A stretch of DNA of 64,000 nucleotides from an uncultured cyanobacterium (GCA_963706595.1 OY970166.1:5472001-5536000), one strand, 5' to 3'; shown: positions 44,592 to 54,785, numbered from the stretch's first letter. Translations and numbers: made by a program. The notes: generated by a model from the letters alone, not told the origin.

Positions 44592-44951
44592 TTATCGCGC
44601 AGCTTTTCTAACTTCTGCAACATCTACTTCCAGGGCTTCTGCTACCTGCTCCAAAGTCAACCCCAACTTCAATAACCGAGGTACTGCTTCGAGTTTACCC
44701 TCAACGCGCCCCTTACGCTCTCCGTCTTCCAAGCCTTCTTGGTAAACCTTTGTTTGTTTCAAATCGCCTAATCCTAACATTGCCTGAATCTCCGCTTGAC
44801 TCTTTTGAGGAAACTTATAAACAATGATTGTCTCTATTAATTCTACTAATTTTCTACTGACTTCCGCTTCCACTGGAGATTGACCTAGCAATTCAAAGAA
44901 AACGCCAGGAAATGTTTTAAACAGTCGATAGAGAATTGAATCAGTTTTCAC
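44592..44951 (-). CDS. Internally deleted Rpn/DUF2887-family protein
   Basis: Family N-terminus MKTDSILYRLF..FP..FFEL joined directly to C-terminus ELIETIIVYKFP...KQTKVYQEG...LTLEQVAEAL; nuclease core missing. Confidence 0.75.
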   Translation of the reverse strand: MKTDSILYRLFKTFPGVFFELLGQSPVEAEVSRKLVELIETIIVYKFPQKSQAEIQAMLGLGDLKQTKVYQEGLEDGERKGRVEGKLEAVPRLLKLGLTLEQVAEALEVDVAEVRKAAR

Positions 44952-45148
44952 ACACTAAATAAAGCTACATAGGTAAATTACTATATCAAAATTAAGCATA
45001 CAATACGCGCAGATTTAGTTAAGCATTATTTACACCTAAACTTATCCTTTCATACATTCTCCACCCCAACGCTTAGATACAAAAAATCCGGCTCCCTCTC
45101 CTTAGCAAGGAGAGGGCTGGGGTGAGGTTCTTCTCTTTACTAACTATC

Positions 45149-46963
45149 ATGCCATTAACAAAAAAGCGCAAACATTGGAAATTATTGTGGCAACTTATGT
45201 GCTACACGCCAAAACTATACACAATTGATTTCGGCTTCTGGATATTAATTATGGGTTTACCAGCCCTACCTGGATTAATCATTCGGGAATTTTTCAACAG
45301 TTTGACTAATGAGGCACAATTTGGATTATCACCTCTAGCTTTAATTATGTTATTACTAGCACTGAATTTAGGACAAATTGCAGCTTTATTTGCCGGACGT
45401 ATTACCAAAACTCAGTATCGTTTTACTATGGGGTCATTACTGCGACATAATTTACTAGACCGCCTTTTCACGAATCCTACAGCACAGCCAATGGTTGTGA
45501 CTAAAGAGGCTGAAATGAATATATCTCAGGGCGAAATAATCAGTTATTTTCGTGATGATGCTGAACAAATAGAAGAAAATGTGGCATTATTCTCACAAGT
45601 TGTAGGACAAGGAATATTTGCTGTTATTTGTTTAATTATTTTATTAAGTATAAATTTACAGATGACGCTGTTTGTATTTCTGCCCTTAGTAGGGATGATA
45701 GTAATTGTTCGCCAAGCAGAAACTCGGATTAAACATTATAGAAAAGCCAGTCGCCAAGCCACCGAAAAGGTGACAGGGATTTTAGGTGAAATATTTGCTT
45801 CAGTTCAAGCAATTAAGGTGGCTGGTGCAGAAGAAAATGTACTCAATTATTTTCGCACTTTGAATGAGAAACGCCGCCAGATGATGATTAAGGATAGTTT
45901 ATTTAACGCTATTCTCAATTCTCTATTTCAAAATATGGTAAGTATAGGGACAGGGATAATTTTATTATTAGCTTCTCGATTAATGCAGAGTCAGGTTGGT
46001 CAGTTAACAGTAGGTGATTTTGCTTTATTTATCTATAACCTCTCTTTTGTGACTAGCTTTTTTTATTATCTAGGTAACTTCATGGCTTTGTCTAAGCATA
46101 CAGAAGTGTCTTTTGAAAGAATGGCTAGTTTACTCTCTGGTGCATCAGCAGATATTTTAGTAGCGCCCAATCAACTTTATCTGAATGATTTGAATAATCG
46201 CCAGAAAGATTTGCCAGCAATAGAAGAACCTTTGAGAAATGAGAAAGATAATTTTAAATCTTTGAGAATCTCTCATCTAACTTATATTTATCCTGGTACT
46301 AACCAAGGCGTTACAGATATTAGCTTTGAAGTTCAGCGTGGTAGTTTAACTGTAATTACTGGTCAGATTGGTTCTGGTAAAACTACATTACTGCGGCTAT
46401 TATTAGGATTGTTACCTAAACAAAGTGGGGAAATTTACTGGAATGGAAATATTGTAGAAAACCCTGCAACTTTTTTTGTTCCCCCTCGCAGTGCTTATAC
46501 TCCCCAAATTCCGCAATTATTTAGCTATACCCTGCGCGAAAATATTTTGTTGGGCTTGTCTAAAAATGAACTAGATATCGCCACAGCTTTAAATATGGCT
46601 GTATTTGAACAAGATTTAGCAACTATGAATGAAAGCCTAGAAACATTAGTTGGTTCCAAAGGTGTGCGACTTTCTGGGGGACAAATGCAACGAGTCGCAG
46701 CAGCGCGGATGTTTATCCGTCAACCGGAATTATTAGTATTTGATGACCTTTCTAGCGCTTTGGATGTGGAGACAGAATTGGCGTTATGGTCGCGGATATT
46801 TGTGAATACAGAACAAGAAAAAAATCCTTGGACACCAACCTGTCTTGTAGTTTCTCATCGCCCTTCTGTGTTGCGTCGCGCTGACCACATTATTCTGATG
46901 AAAGCAGGTAGAATAGAAGCCCAAGGTAAATTTGATCAAATTTTCCAGCAGGAAGGTTTGTAG
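45149..46963 (+). CDS. ABC transporter, fused permease/ATPase (half transporter B2, paralog of B1)
   Basis: Same motifs as, and long near-identical stretches with, 36354-38159. Confidence 0.92.
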   Translation: MPLTKKRKHWKLLWQLMCYTPKLYTIDFGFWILIMGLPALPGLIIREFFNSLTNEAQFGLSPLALIMLLLALNLGQIAALFAGRITKTQYRFTMGSLLRHNLLDRLFTNPTAQPMVVTKEAEMNISQGEIISYFRDDAEQIEENVALFSQVVGQGIFAVICLIILLSINLQMTLFVFLPLVGMIVIVRQAETRIKHYRKASRQATEKVTGILGEIFASVQAIKVAGAEENVLNYFRTLNEKRRQMMIKDSLFNAILNSLFQNMVSIGTGIILLLASRLMQSQVGQLTVGDFALFIYNLSFVTSFFYYLGNFMALSKHTEVSFERMASLLSGASADILVAPNQLYLNDLNNRQKDLPAIEEPLRNEKDNFKSLRISHLTYIYPGTNQGVTDISFEVQRGSLTVITGQIGSGKTTLLRLLLGLLPKQSGEIYWNGNIVENPATFFVPPRSAYTPQIPQLFSYTLRENILLGLSKNELDIATALNMAVFEQDLATMNESLETLVGSKGVRLSGGQMQRVAAARMFIRQPELLVFDDLSSALDVETELALWSRIFVNTEQEKNPWTPTCLVVSHRPSVLRRADHIILMKAGRIEAQGKFDQIFQQEGL

Positions 46964-46992
46964 TCAGGACTTTAGTTCTTTCCATACTGGGG

Positions 46993-47106
46993 TCATTTAT
47001 TCAGGTAATTTGCTTCCAGTATAAGAAATAATTTACATCGTCTGCTTCTTCGTGAGAGAGAACGGTACTGCAAAGATTTACAAACAAATAAGGTATGAAT
47101 TGTCAT
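46993..47106 (-). pseudogene. Possible DUF1636-like N-terminal remnant
   Basis: MTIHTLFVCKS; removing one T gives CKSC, resembling DUF1636 N-termini as recalled; early stop. Confidence 0.35.
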
Positions 47107-47243
47107 TACCCAGACCTTTTGCCGTTTCTGACTGGAAAATAAAAGACAAGCGATGCCTGAAGTAGGCATCGCTTACGCCCAAAGTATACTCAGGCGATCG
47201 CTTATTTTTTTGTATTCAAAAATCTAGCTTAACTAGCCAGAAA

Positions 47244-47885
47244 TTACAACAGTTTCAGGTTGGAGAACACAAACTCTTGAGTAGAAGTTTTTCCGGCTGT
47301 TTCAGTGCGAATTTCCCGCCGATTTAAAATGAAATATTCACCAACTTTTTCATATTCATCGGTAAACTCACTTCTACCACCCTTTTGTTCCCCGGTTTTG
47401 GGGTCATGGTATACAGAGTCATAGGTGTGAGACAAGTAACCTGCACCAGTGTCATGACTGCTGAAAGTGTCAATGGTCACAAAAGTACCGTGAATTAAAC
47501 GGTGAACGTGGCAAACTTCATTATTGCGAACTTTATATTTATCGCCTTCACCTTTACCACCAACTAAAATTTCAGTTGCACCAGTTTCGTCAGTGTTACC
47601 ATAGCTGAATTGATTGGCGCTGTGGGTATCTTCAAAGCTGCGACGGACACGGTGAATAGCAATTTCCCAAGCTTGTCCGTGGATGGCTTTTTTGGCTGAC
47701 TCATCTTCTACGTCCAACACTTCGGCTTTGAGATTACCGTCAATGATTACTTTACCTGTAAATACTTGATCGTCGTATTTATAAGTAATATCTGCGGTAT
47801 AACCGGGAAAAGTGTTGTCCCAAGTGTAGCGATTTTCATAAGCAGCTTGGAAAAGTTCCCTAGCTGAAAGTTTTGTAATTGTCAT
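47244..47885 (-). CDS. DUF3386-like protein
   Basis: ARELFQAAYENRYTWD..FPGY pattern. Confidence 0.75.
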   Translation of the reverse strand: MTITKLSARELFQAAYENRYTWDNTFPGYTADITYKYDDQVFTGKVIIDGNLKAEVLDVEDESAKKAIHGQAWEIAIHRVRRSFEDTHSANQFSYGNTDETGATEILVGGKGEGDKYKVRNNEVCHVHRLIHGTFVTIDTFSSHDTGAGYLSHTYDSVYHDPKTGEQKGGRSEFTDEYEKVGEYFILNRREIRTETAGKTSTQEFVFSNLKLL

Positions 47886-47987
47886 TGGCTTCTCCTAACG
47901 TGACTAGCTATATTAGCGTTTTATCTTGGCTAGTATTAGCATAGAGGTAAATATGAAGCTTCGCATAGTCCCCAAGTGGGTACACTT

Positions 47988-48662
47988 ATGCCTAATTCTC
48001 TTTACGTTGTATTTCAAGCGATCGCTAATGTCAAGAACGAGGAGCAACTAAGACTGGCTCTCATGGATAAAATTGGTGAGTATTTTGGCGTACAACATTG
48101 CGGGATCTATCTGATTGATGAACAGCCAAATTCGGAAATTAATGTTCAGACTATTCCCGCAGTTTGTATGGAGAATAACCCCGTCGGGCGCTATGTGGTA
48201 GAAAGGCACGCTCCCGCCCATGAGCAATTAATATTATCACCAGGAGATTGGAAACATTTCTGTTCGCGTCAAGACCATGAACACGTGATGACTGGGCCGA
48301 TTGTTTGCGATGGTCAGCTTGTGGGGACGTTAAATTTAGCCCGCAATCAAGGAACTGAAGCTTTTAATGCCGATGACATCGCGGATTTGAGCGCTTTGTG
48401 CATTCATTTATCAGCCAAACTTGCCACTCTGCGAGCAAAAGAAGCAAAAATATCGAATTCGCTGTTAGTAAGTCCTTTAACCGCCCGTGAGCTAGAAATT
48501 GCTGAGTTGGTAGCCCAGGGGTTAACGAATGCGGAAATTGGTCGCAGATTGTGGATAACGCAAAATTCTGTCAAGCAAGCCTTAAAACGGATGTTCCGGA
48601 AGCTTGGTGTTTCAGCCCGGAGTGAAATGGTTGCAAAGCTACATTTAATTTCTCTTAATTAG
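47988..48662 (+). CDS. GAF-LuxR transcriptional regulator
   Basis: GAF-like GPIVCDGQLVGTL; LTARELEIAELVAQGLTNAEI helix-turn-helix; start ATG 47988 or GTG 47976. Confidence 0.9.
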   Translation: MPNSLYVVFQAIANVKNEEQLRLALMDKIGEYFGVQHCGIYLIDEQPNSEINVQTIPAVCMENNPVGRYVVERHAPAHEQLILSPGDWKHFCSRQDHEHVMTGPIVCDGQLVGTLNLARNQGTEAFNADDIADLSALCIHLSAKLATLRAKEAKISNSLLVSPLTARELEIAELVAQGLTNAEIGRRLWITQNSVKQALKRMFRKLGVSARSEMVAKLHLISLN

Positions 48663-48667
48663 TTGGA

Positions 48668-48727
48668 AGGGCGGGTTTACAAAGATTTGCTTCTTCCTAC
48701 AAATAACTTCGGCGAACCCGCCCCTAC
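48668..48727. repeat. REP-like palindrome / bidirectional terminator
   Basis: GGGCGGGTT ... AACCCGCCCCTAC between convergent genes. Confidence 0.55.
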
Positions 48728-48734
48728 CTTTTTT

Positions 48735-49136
48735 TTAACCACGAGGCGCGTTGAAAGCGTCCCAGGCGGCTTGGGCTGCATCTTGCAAGCGATCGCTAAA
48801 ATCTGTTATTTCTTTAACTAGCAAGTGCCAGTTTTTCTCAGTTTCTTCCTGCATATTAGCCCAAGAATTCTCCAGGCGATCGCGCGAAATCAGTTTTTCC
48901 CGTTCAATGGCTTCTCTGGCTTGGCGCACAGCATTCAGATAAGTTTCACGAGTCAGAGTCCCGGCTGAATCAGCCTCACTTTGAGCGCGTCTTTTGAGCG
49001 CTTCAATCAAAGCCTTAGTTTCCCGCTTAATTTCATCAGTCTCACCAGCCATTTCAGTTTCTATCATTTCGTCAGTTTGAGAACGGATTTCCACAATGGC
49101 TGTAGATTTTCTCGGTTCGTTGTTGTTAGCATTCAT
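48735..49136 (-). CDS. Hypothetical helical protein
   Basis: 133-aa ORF with ATG and RBS; charged, helical composition. Confidence 0.75.
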   Translation of the reverse strand: MNANNNEPRKSTAIVEIRSQTDEMIETEMAGETDEIKRETKALIEALKRRAQSEADSAGTLTRETYLNAVRQAREAIEREKLISRDRLENSWANMQEETEKNWHLLVKEITDFSDRLQDAAQAAWDAFNAPRG

Positions 49137-49262
49137 AATTTAATATCCTTAAATTGCAAAACTTCTGTTTCAGTTCAGAACTACAAACGCAGTTTATTTA
49201 CCAAACTTAGACATTTCCGGCATCTTCCCCAACTTGATCATGCAAATTAAATCTGCAATAAT

Positions 49263-50135
49263 TTAGTAAACCCTGCCTGGAAATTGTGGCTCTAATTTCA
49301 GTAATTCTTTAACTCTTGCATCCGTAGCCGGGTGACTAGAGAATAAATTACCCAAAAACTTCCCCGAAATCGGATTAATAATTAATAACGGCTCAAAAGC
49401 TGGGTTAGTATTTAAAGGTAATTCCCTGGCTGTAGCCTCTAACCTTTGCAGCGCCTGAGCCAAAGCACGAGGATTCCCAGTCAATCTAGCAGCACCAGCA
49501 TCGGCGGAAAACTCCCGTGTGCGCGAAATTGCTAATTGAATAATTGTGGCTGCGATGGGTGCAAGTATGACAGTTAACAAAATACCAAAAATATTTCCAC
49601 CTCTGTCACCATCTCGCGAACCTCCACCACCAAACCATAAACTGTAACTAACCATTTGAGCCAAAAACGAAATCGCCCCCGCAATTGTCGCCGCAACAGC
49701 TTGGGTGAGAGTGTCACGATTAGTAATGTGAGTCAATTCGTGAGCAATTACGCCTTCGAGTTCATCATCTGGTAATATGTTCAAAATGCCTTCAGTCACA
49801 GCTACAGCCGCGTGTTCAGGGTCGCGTCCCGTAGCAAAAGCGTTGGCAGTTTGGCTGGGAACAATGTAAACTCCTGGCATGGGAATATTGGCGCGATCGC
49901 TCAATTTTCGTACCATACTATAGAGTCCCGGTGCTTGAGCTTCACTCACAGGACGGGCGCGGTATACTCTCAGCGCAATCTGATCTGATTGATACCAGGA
50001 AAACAGGTTTGTGGCTGCGGCTAAACCGATTCCGATCATTAAGCCAGCAGTACCGCCAATTATCCAGTAGCTAATAGCAATTAAAAGACCACTAAGAACA
50101 GCCAGCAAAGCCACCGTTTTCAATTGATTGTTCAT
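49263..50135 (-). CDS. htpX: Zinc metalloprotease HtpX (M48)
   Basis: NAFATGRDP, HELTH, SRTREFSAD, FSSHP. Confidence 0.95.
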   Translation of the reverse strand: MNNQLKTVALLAVLSGLLIAISYWIIGGTAGLMIGIGLAAATNLFSWYQSDQIALRVYRARPVSEAQAPGLYSMVRKLSDRANIPMPGVYIVPSQTANAFATGRDPEHAAVAVTEGILNILPDDELEGVIAHELTHITNRDTLTQAVAATIAGAISFLAQMVSYSLWFGGGGSRDGDRGGNIFGILLTVILAPIAATIIQLAISRTREFSADAGAARLTGNPRALAQALQRLEATARELPLNTNPAFEPLLIINPISGKFLGNLFSSHPATDARVKELLKLEPQFPGRVY

Positions 50136-50578
50136 AATTTTGCCCTCCCGCTAATGCTGCATGGGGTTTCTCAGACAACAGCATCACTTAAGTCGCATTT
50201 TTATTCTATCTAGCTAAACTCAGATATTGGTGCAGAAAACCTCTCATTTTGAGTACGGATTTCCCGCTTCAATTTTGGCCTAGTATTTACACTTATACGA
50301 GCCTGTTTAGTTTTTTAAGCTACTTTTTTTCATCAAAGAATATGTATAGTTTCTTAAAAAAGGATATACTTTAGGAGTAGTAACAATTATATTTACAGTA
50401 GTTTCCCGCAAACAATCAGTCTAAAATGTAGTGAGGCAAATAGAGTAACATTAAATACTTGAATTTGTCAACACCTTCTCAACTGATAGACTAGCTTGTG
50501 ATTAAAGCTAAAATCCCATATTTAGTAAGATCACAATATAATGTTTAACCAAGCAGCACGATTAAACGTGCATAAACA

Positions 50579-50866
50579 ATGCCAGATACTTCAAATTTAA
50601 TTTCCGAATTTGAAACATTATTTAGACAAAAATTAAAATTAAACAACTGTAAACTGAAAAAGAAAAAGCAAGAGAATAATTATGAAATTATTACTCCAGC
50701 CAAAGATATTTTTTTAATGTCCTGGTGCGATTTTCCAGACATTAACTTGATATATCAACCAATAGGAGTACGCACACAGCAAACTCTAGTTTACGAAAGA
50801 GCCATCCGTTCCCACATTAGTTTCTGTTTAAATAGTATCAAGGATAATACACAGACAGCCGTATAG
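50579..50866 (+). CDS. Hypothetical protein
   Basis: 95-aa ATG ORF followed by hairpin GGGGTGAGT...ACTCACCTC (50881-50901). Confidence 0.65.
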   Translation: MPDTSNLISEFETLFRQKLKLNNCKLKKKKQENNYEIITPAKDIFLMSWCDFPDINLIYQPIGVRTQQTLVYERAIRSHISFCLNSIKDNTQTAV

Positions 50867-50911
50867 ATTTAAGAATATTTGGGGTGAGTAGCACTCACCT
50901 CCAAGCATTAC

Positions 50912-52246
50912 TTACTCTCGTGGTAAGCCTAAATCTGGCAATCTTTTCACAATTTTGACTGTTTCTAAACTCACAGTCACCACCTGTTTAATTAATCTCA
51001 CAATATACTCCTCATCATCCAGGCGATTGGGATCGTTTGTAATACCGCTACGTTTATCTGTGGTAACTTGATATTGGTCTATAATCCAATCTAAAGCAGA
51101 ACGATTGCCTAAGCGATAGGCAAATACTTCTGGCGGTATACCTGTTAATGTCAGAAAGTCGTTATATTTGATTTGGGTTTTATCTTTGGAAAGGCGCATC
51201 TTCTCCACACGCCAATCAATTGGTAAGTCTTTATTTTCTAGATGTTTCAGACGATATTCGGGCTGTTTTTCATAGTTAATATGAATTTCTGCAAGTTGTT
51301 TTCCGGCTATTGCGAAAGGATGAAATTCTGGCGCTAAGGGAATACGGGGAAGTTCTCGTTTTAGGTTCGCTGCGTAGCGTTCCCGGTAGTCGGGATGATG
51401 GAGAACTGAGTATATATAATAGAAAATATCCCATTTAGTAATGGTGGTATCTTGGTAATGGTTGCGATATTGTTCTAACGCCCAATCAGTAATATTTTCT
51501 CGGCGGTTGGTTCCGTCTTCGTCATAGGTGTAAAAGGGGAAACATTGCGCTTTTTCAAAAGCAAAATCCAACGCCAGAACAAACTTTGAAATAAAAATTC
51601 CAAAAGCTTTTCTATTTCCAATTCCGGGAAGACAAATCACCTGATTTTCTTGCTCAGTTTCAGGAGTTGGCAATATTAAATGCTGTTGGTATCTACGATG
51701 ATTTAGCAAATCATCGAAATAAATAAGCTTTTGAGTAAACGGACGATAAAGCGAATTCCTAATTTTTGACTCTTCAAACAAAAGTAAATCTCTGTTTTTT
51801 AGCGCTGTTTTCAGTCTATCTGTCCACTTGATGAAACTACAGTCAGTGTTAAGAAAACTTTCAATATTAGGTCTTAATTGCTGTGCAAAGTATCTATTTA
51901 CTTCAAAATTATAATTATGAATAAATTTTTGTATTTTTTTGTCTAGATCATTTTTACAAAAAGAAAACATCCATTCATCTCGATTAGATGCCACACCAAG
52001 ACTAAATAATTTAAAAATGACTGGTGGATTCTGTGTTTTTTGTTTCTTTACTTCTTTTGAGCCAATTGCTATAAAACTTTCAAATTCGTTTTCTAAACCT
52101 TCGGTTAACCAATTATGATTTTTATCGGGTTTAAGTTCTTGCCATTCTACATCACCAGTATGCTGAAGCTTTTCTAAATATGCTAACTTTTCTTCTTTGC
52201 GCCAAAGTTCATCCATACGAGCATAATAAATTTTCGCTTTTCTCAT
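50912..52246 (-). CDS. Type IIG/ISP-like restriction-modification enzyme, C-terminal specificity part
   Basis: SNRDEW, LYRPF, CFPFYTY, YRERYAANLKRELPRIP, YRLGNRSALDWIIDQY; probable ATG 52246 (MRKAKIYYAR). Confidence 0.85.
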   Translation of the reverse strand: MRKAKIYYARMDELWRKEEKLAYLEKLQHTGDVEWQELKPDKNHNWLTEGLENEFESFIAIGSKEVKKQKTQNPPVIFKLFSLGVASNRDEWMFSFCKNDLDKKIQKFIHNYNFEVNRYFAQQLRPNIESFLNTDCSFIKWTDRLKTALKNRDLLLFEESKIRNSLYRPFTQKLIYFDDLLNHRRYQQHLILPTPETEQENQVICLPGIGNRKAFGIFISKFVLALDFAFEKAQCFPFYTYDEDGTNRRENITDWALEQYRNHYQDTTITKWDIFYYIYSVLHHPDYRERYAANLKRELPRIPLAPEFHPFAIAGKQLAEIHINYEKQPEYRLKHLENKDLPIDWRVEKMRLSKDKTQIKYNDFLTLTGIPPEVFAYRLGNRSALDWIIDQYQVTTDKRSGITNDPNRLDDEEYIVRLIKQVVTVSLETVKIVKRLPDLGLPRE

Positions 52247-52295
52247 AAATCTTCTGGTTGTAATCCTGTTTTCTTTACTATACGAGCAAGCATTT

Positions 52296-52523
52296 TCAAG
52301 ATGCTGCAACAAAGGTGAGACTTGTCAAACCTAAGCAAATTTCTCCATGTTCCAATTTATCAGCAATCACTCGCAAAGCTAAAGCCTGAACATTGGATAT
52401 AGCTTGTTGTTGAGTAAAAGCATACACTAAAACACCAGGTATTTCTAAAATTTCTGCAATCCAACGACCGTCATCTTCTTGTTCAACTTCAATAGTAAAC
52501 TGAGAGGGTATTGAGCTTTGCAT
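52296..52523 (-). CDS. HicB-like (UPF0150) antitoxin-fold protein
   Basis: FTIEVEQEDDGRWIAEILEIPGVLVYA.TQQQAI; RBS GAGGTG. Confidence 0.8.
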   Translation of the reverse strand: MQSSIPSQFTIEVEQEDDGRWIAEILEIPGVLVYAFTQQQAISNVQALALRVIADKLEHGEICLGLTSLTFVAAS

Positions 52524-52533
52524 AAAATCACCT

Positions 52534-54297
52534 CTAGACTCTTTTTTTTACAAATATATTAACACTGACTCCCACCTGAATACCAAATACATTATGAGTT
52601 GTACCAGACAACTTGGGATTTTTGCGAACATTCCCCCCTAAATCAAATATATAAATTTGATCAAACTTCTTTTCTAGTTCCTGTCTCATCCCATCAAAAG
52701 CTATTTGCTCAATAAAACTGTTATTAGTGACAAAGGCAATAATACCTTCATCATTAATTCTCTCACTTGCCCAGCGAATCGCTTTTACATAAGGATCTGC
52801 TAGTTTATTTTTTAATGTTGCTTTTGATGCTTTTCCGTAAGTTTCGGAAACAAGATCATCAATCCCCGTTTTATCTTTATTAGTATATTTGCGGTTTTTA
52901 TTATTATCATTTTCATTCAACTGCCCTACATTATAAGGGGGATTGCCAATAATTACAAAAAGATTTGACTGTCTTTGTTTTTCTACCCGCTTCATATTCT
53001 CCGGGCTAAATAAATCTAATTGTGTGATATTTTGGTCTTCAAAAGTATCAACTAAACAAATACCCTCAAAAGATTTATATTCCCCAGCTTGCTCAAAATA
53101 TTCATGCTCAATATTCATTGCAGCAATATAATAAGGCAACAACATCACCTCATTACAATGCAACTCATGCTCAAATTTATAAGGTAAAGCTGATTTTTGA
53201 ATCTCGGCGATTTCTCGCATTATCCGAATAATAAAATTACCCGTTCCCACAAAGGGGTCAAGAATATGTACACCTTTATCAACTAACGACTTCCCAAACT
53301 CCCGTTGTAAAATCTCCTCCACACTTTTCACCATGAAATTTACAATTGGCTGAGGAGTGTAAACAATTCCATGAGTATCCGCAACTTTTACAGAAAACCC
53401 TTGAAAAAACTTCTCATAAATTTTATTCAGAAAATCTTGTTTTTGAGAAAAATCATCAATGGTAGCTGCGGTTTCCTCAATCGCCCCATAAAACCGATCT
53501 AAACCGCTTAAAAAATGACTACGACTAAAAGCTTTAGAAGTTAACGCGTTAATTACCTTTTCAATTTCTACCGCAATAATATTCCGTTGAGCAAAATCAG
53601 GATTATTAAACACACTTCTAAAAATGCGCTCAGTCAATAAATGCTGAATCAACATTTCCTCAACTGCTGCTTCAGAAAGATTGGGGTTAATTGACTGACG
53701 ACAAAGTAGTAAAAAATCTGAGAAAGCATCAATAAACTTTTTATTCTTCTTCCTCTGTTCTCGAATTAATTCTAACAATCCTGTAGCGTTTTCCTTAACC
53801 CGATGTCCAAACTCATCAGCCGCCTTTTCCCATTGTGCGATCGCTGGAGGACGATATTCAAAAAACTGCCGCACCACATCCACTAACATTTGCGGTTTAG
53901 TAATATCTTCATCCATTACCAATTTCCCATCTTGGTAAAGAATTGCCCGATCTGGTTGCTGAAAAATAATGTTATCTTTGGGATAATTAACAGCCAATTT
54001 TTTTTGTATTTCTTTCTTTAAATTATCCTGACTATCCTTAGCTTCCCAATAAGCACGAGGTAAATTAAAATCGTCAACTAAAGCCCCATCAACCCGTAGT
54101 GGTGGTTTTTTCGATCTTTTAATCGCATATTCTTGTATCAGAGTCCATTTAAATTGCTGACAGCAAGACTCAAGCAACTTTTGAAAAGCAGCTTTTACCG
54201 CCGTCTCATGCACAACCCCCAATCTTTTAAACTGTGCTAATTCTTCGTAATATTGCTTAATCGGTTTGTGGGTTGGCTTAAGATTCAGATTTTGCAT
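52534..54297 (-). CDS. Type IIG/ISP-like restriction-modification enzyme, N-terminal nuclease + N6-adenine methyltransferase part
   Basis: VDG...WEAK PD-(D/E)xK-like motif, GIVYTPQP, LDPFVGTG (motif I), IIGNPPY (motif IV), HNVFGIQVGV. Confidence 0.88.
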   Translation of the reverse strand: MQNLNLKPTHKPIKQYYEELAQFKRLGVVHETAVKAAFQKLLESCCQQFKWTLIQEYAIKRSKKPPLRVDGALVDDFNLPRAYWEAKDSQDNLKKEIQKKLAVNYPKDNIIFQQPDRAILYQDGKLVMDEDITKPQMLVDVVRQFFEYRPPAIAQWEKAADEFGHRVKENATGLLELIREQRKKNKKFIDAFSDFLLLCRQSINPNLSEAAVEEMLIQHLLTERIFRSVFNNPDFAQRNIIAVEIEKVINALTSKAFSRSHFLSGLDRFYGAIEETAATIDDFSQKQDFLNKIYEKFFQGFSVKVADTHGIVYTPQPIVNFMVKSVEEILQREFGKSLVDKGVHILDPFVGTGNFIIRIMREIAEIQKSALPYKFEHELHCNEVMLLPYYIAAMNIEHEYFEQAGEYKSFEGICLVDTFEDQNITQLDLFSPENMKRVEKQRQSNLFVIIGNPPYNVGQLNENDNNKNRKYTNKDKTGIDDLVSETYGKASKATLKNKLADPYVKAIRWASERINDEGIIAFVTNNSFIEQIAFDGMRQELEKKFDQIYIFDLGGNVRKNPKLSGTTHNVFGIQVGVSVNIFVKKRV

Positions 54298-54467
54298 ATA
54301 AATGCTGAGTGTGAAAATACAATAAAATTATCTTTTATTAGGATAATATAGTGAACTTTATGGATATTATTACTCTGTTTGCAAAACTATAGACTACTGG
54401 GTTTAATCTTGAATCTGTTAGGGTGCATGACACAGCTAAAATAATCCATTAGTCCCTTCCAAAGGAA

Positions 54468-54720
54468 CCACCGTGTACACACAAGTCTAAAAACCTTGAT
54501 TTGGGTAGGGTGTGTTATGGACGTTAGTCCTAACGTATCGAAAATCTAGGATGGTGCGTTGCGCTACGCGACAACACACCCTACAAAAAAAAGATTTGGA
54601 GTAATTTAATGATTTATGTCTACACCTTGGTTCCTTGCAAAGGGGAGGGAACTAGATTTTCCGGTTTCCCCCCTTTCCAAGGGGATGTGAAAGCCACGAC
54701 GATTTGTGTGTATACCGTAG
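54468..54720. mobile_element. Nested MITE/REP-like repeats
   Basis: Outer gtgtacacacaagtc / gatttgtgtgtatac arms; inner GTAGGGTGTGTT...AACACACCCTAC. Confidence 0.6.
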
Positions 54721-54785
54721 CCCTATCGATTTGATATTTTAAAACTTTATTTAAACCAAAATCAAACTAATTTATTTGTGATCTG

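Noticed and set aside
47107..47150. Cobalamin riboswitch remnant
   Set aside because: Only a few bases resemble the B12 box; no core structure visible.
50445..50458. NtcA site GTAACATTAAATAC upstream of the 95-aa gene
   Set aside because: Matches GTA-N8-TAC but lacks a -10 at the canonical distance, and such matches are common in AT-rich DNA; unsupported.
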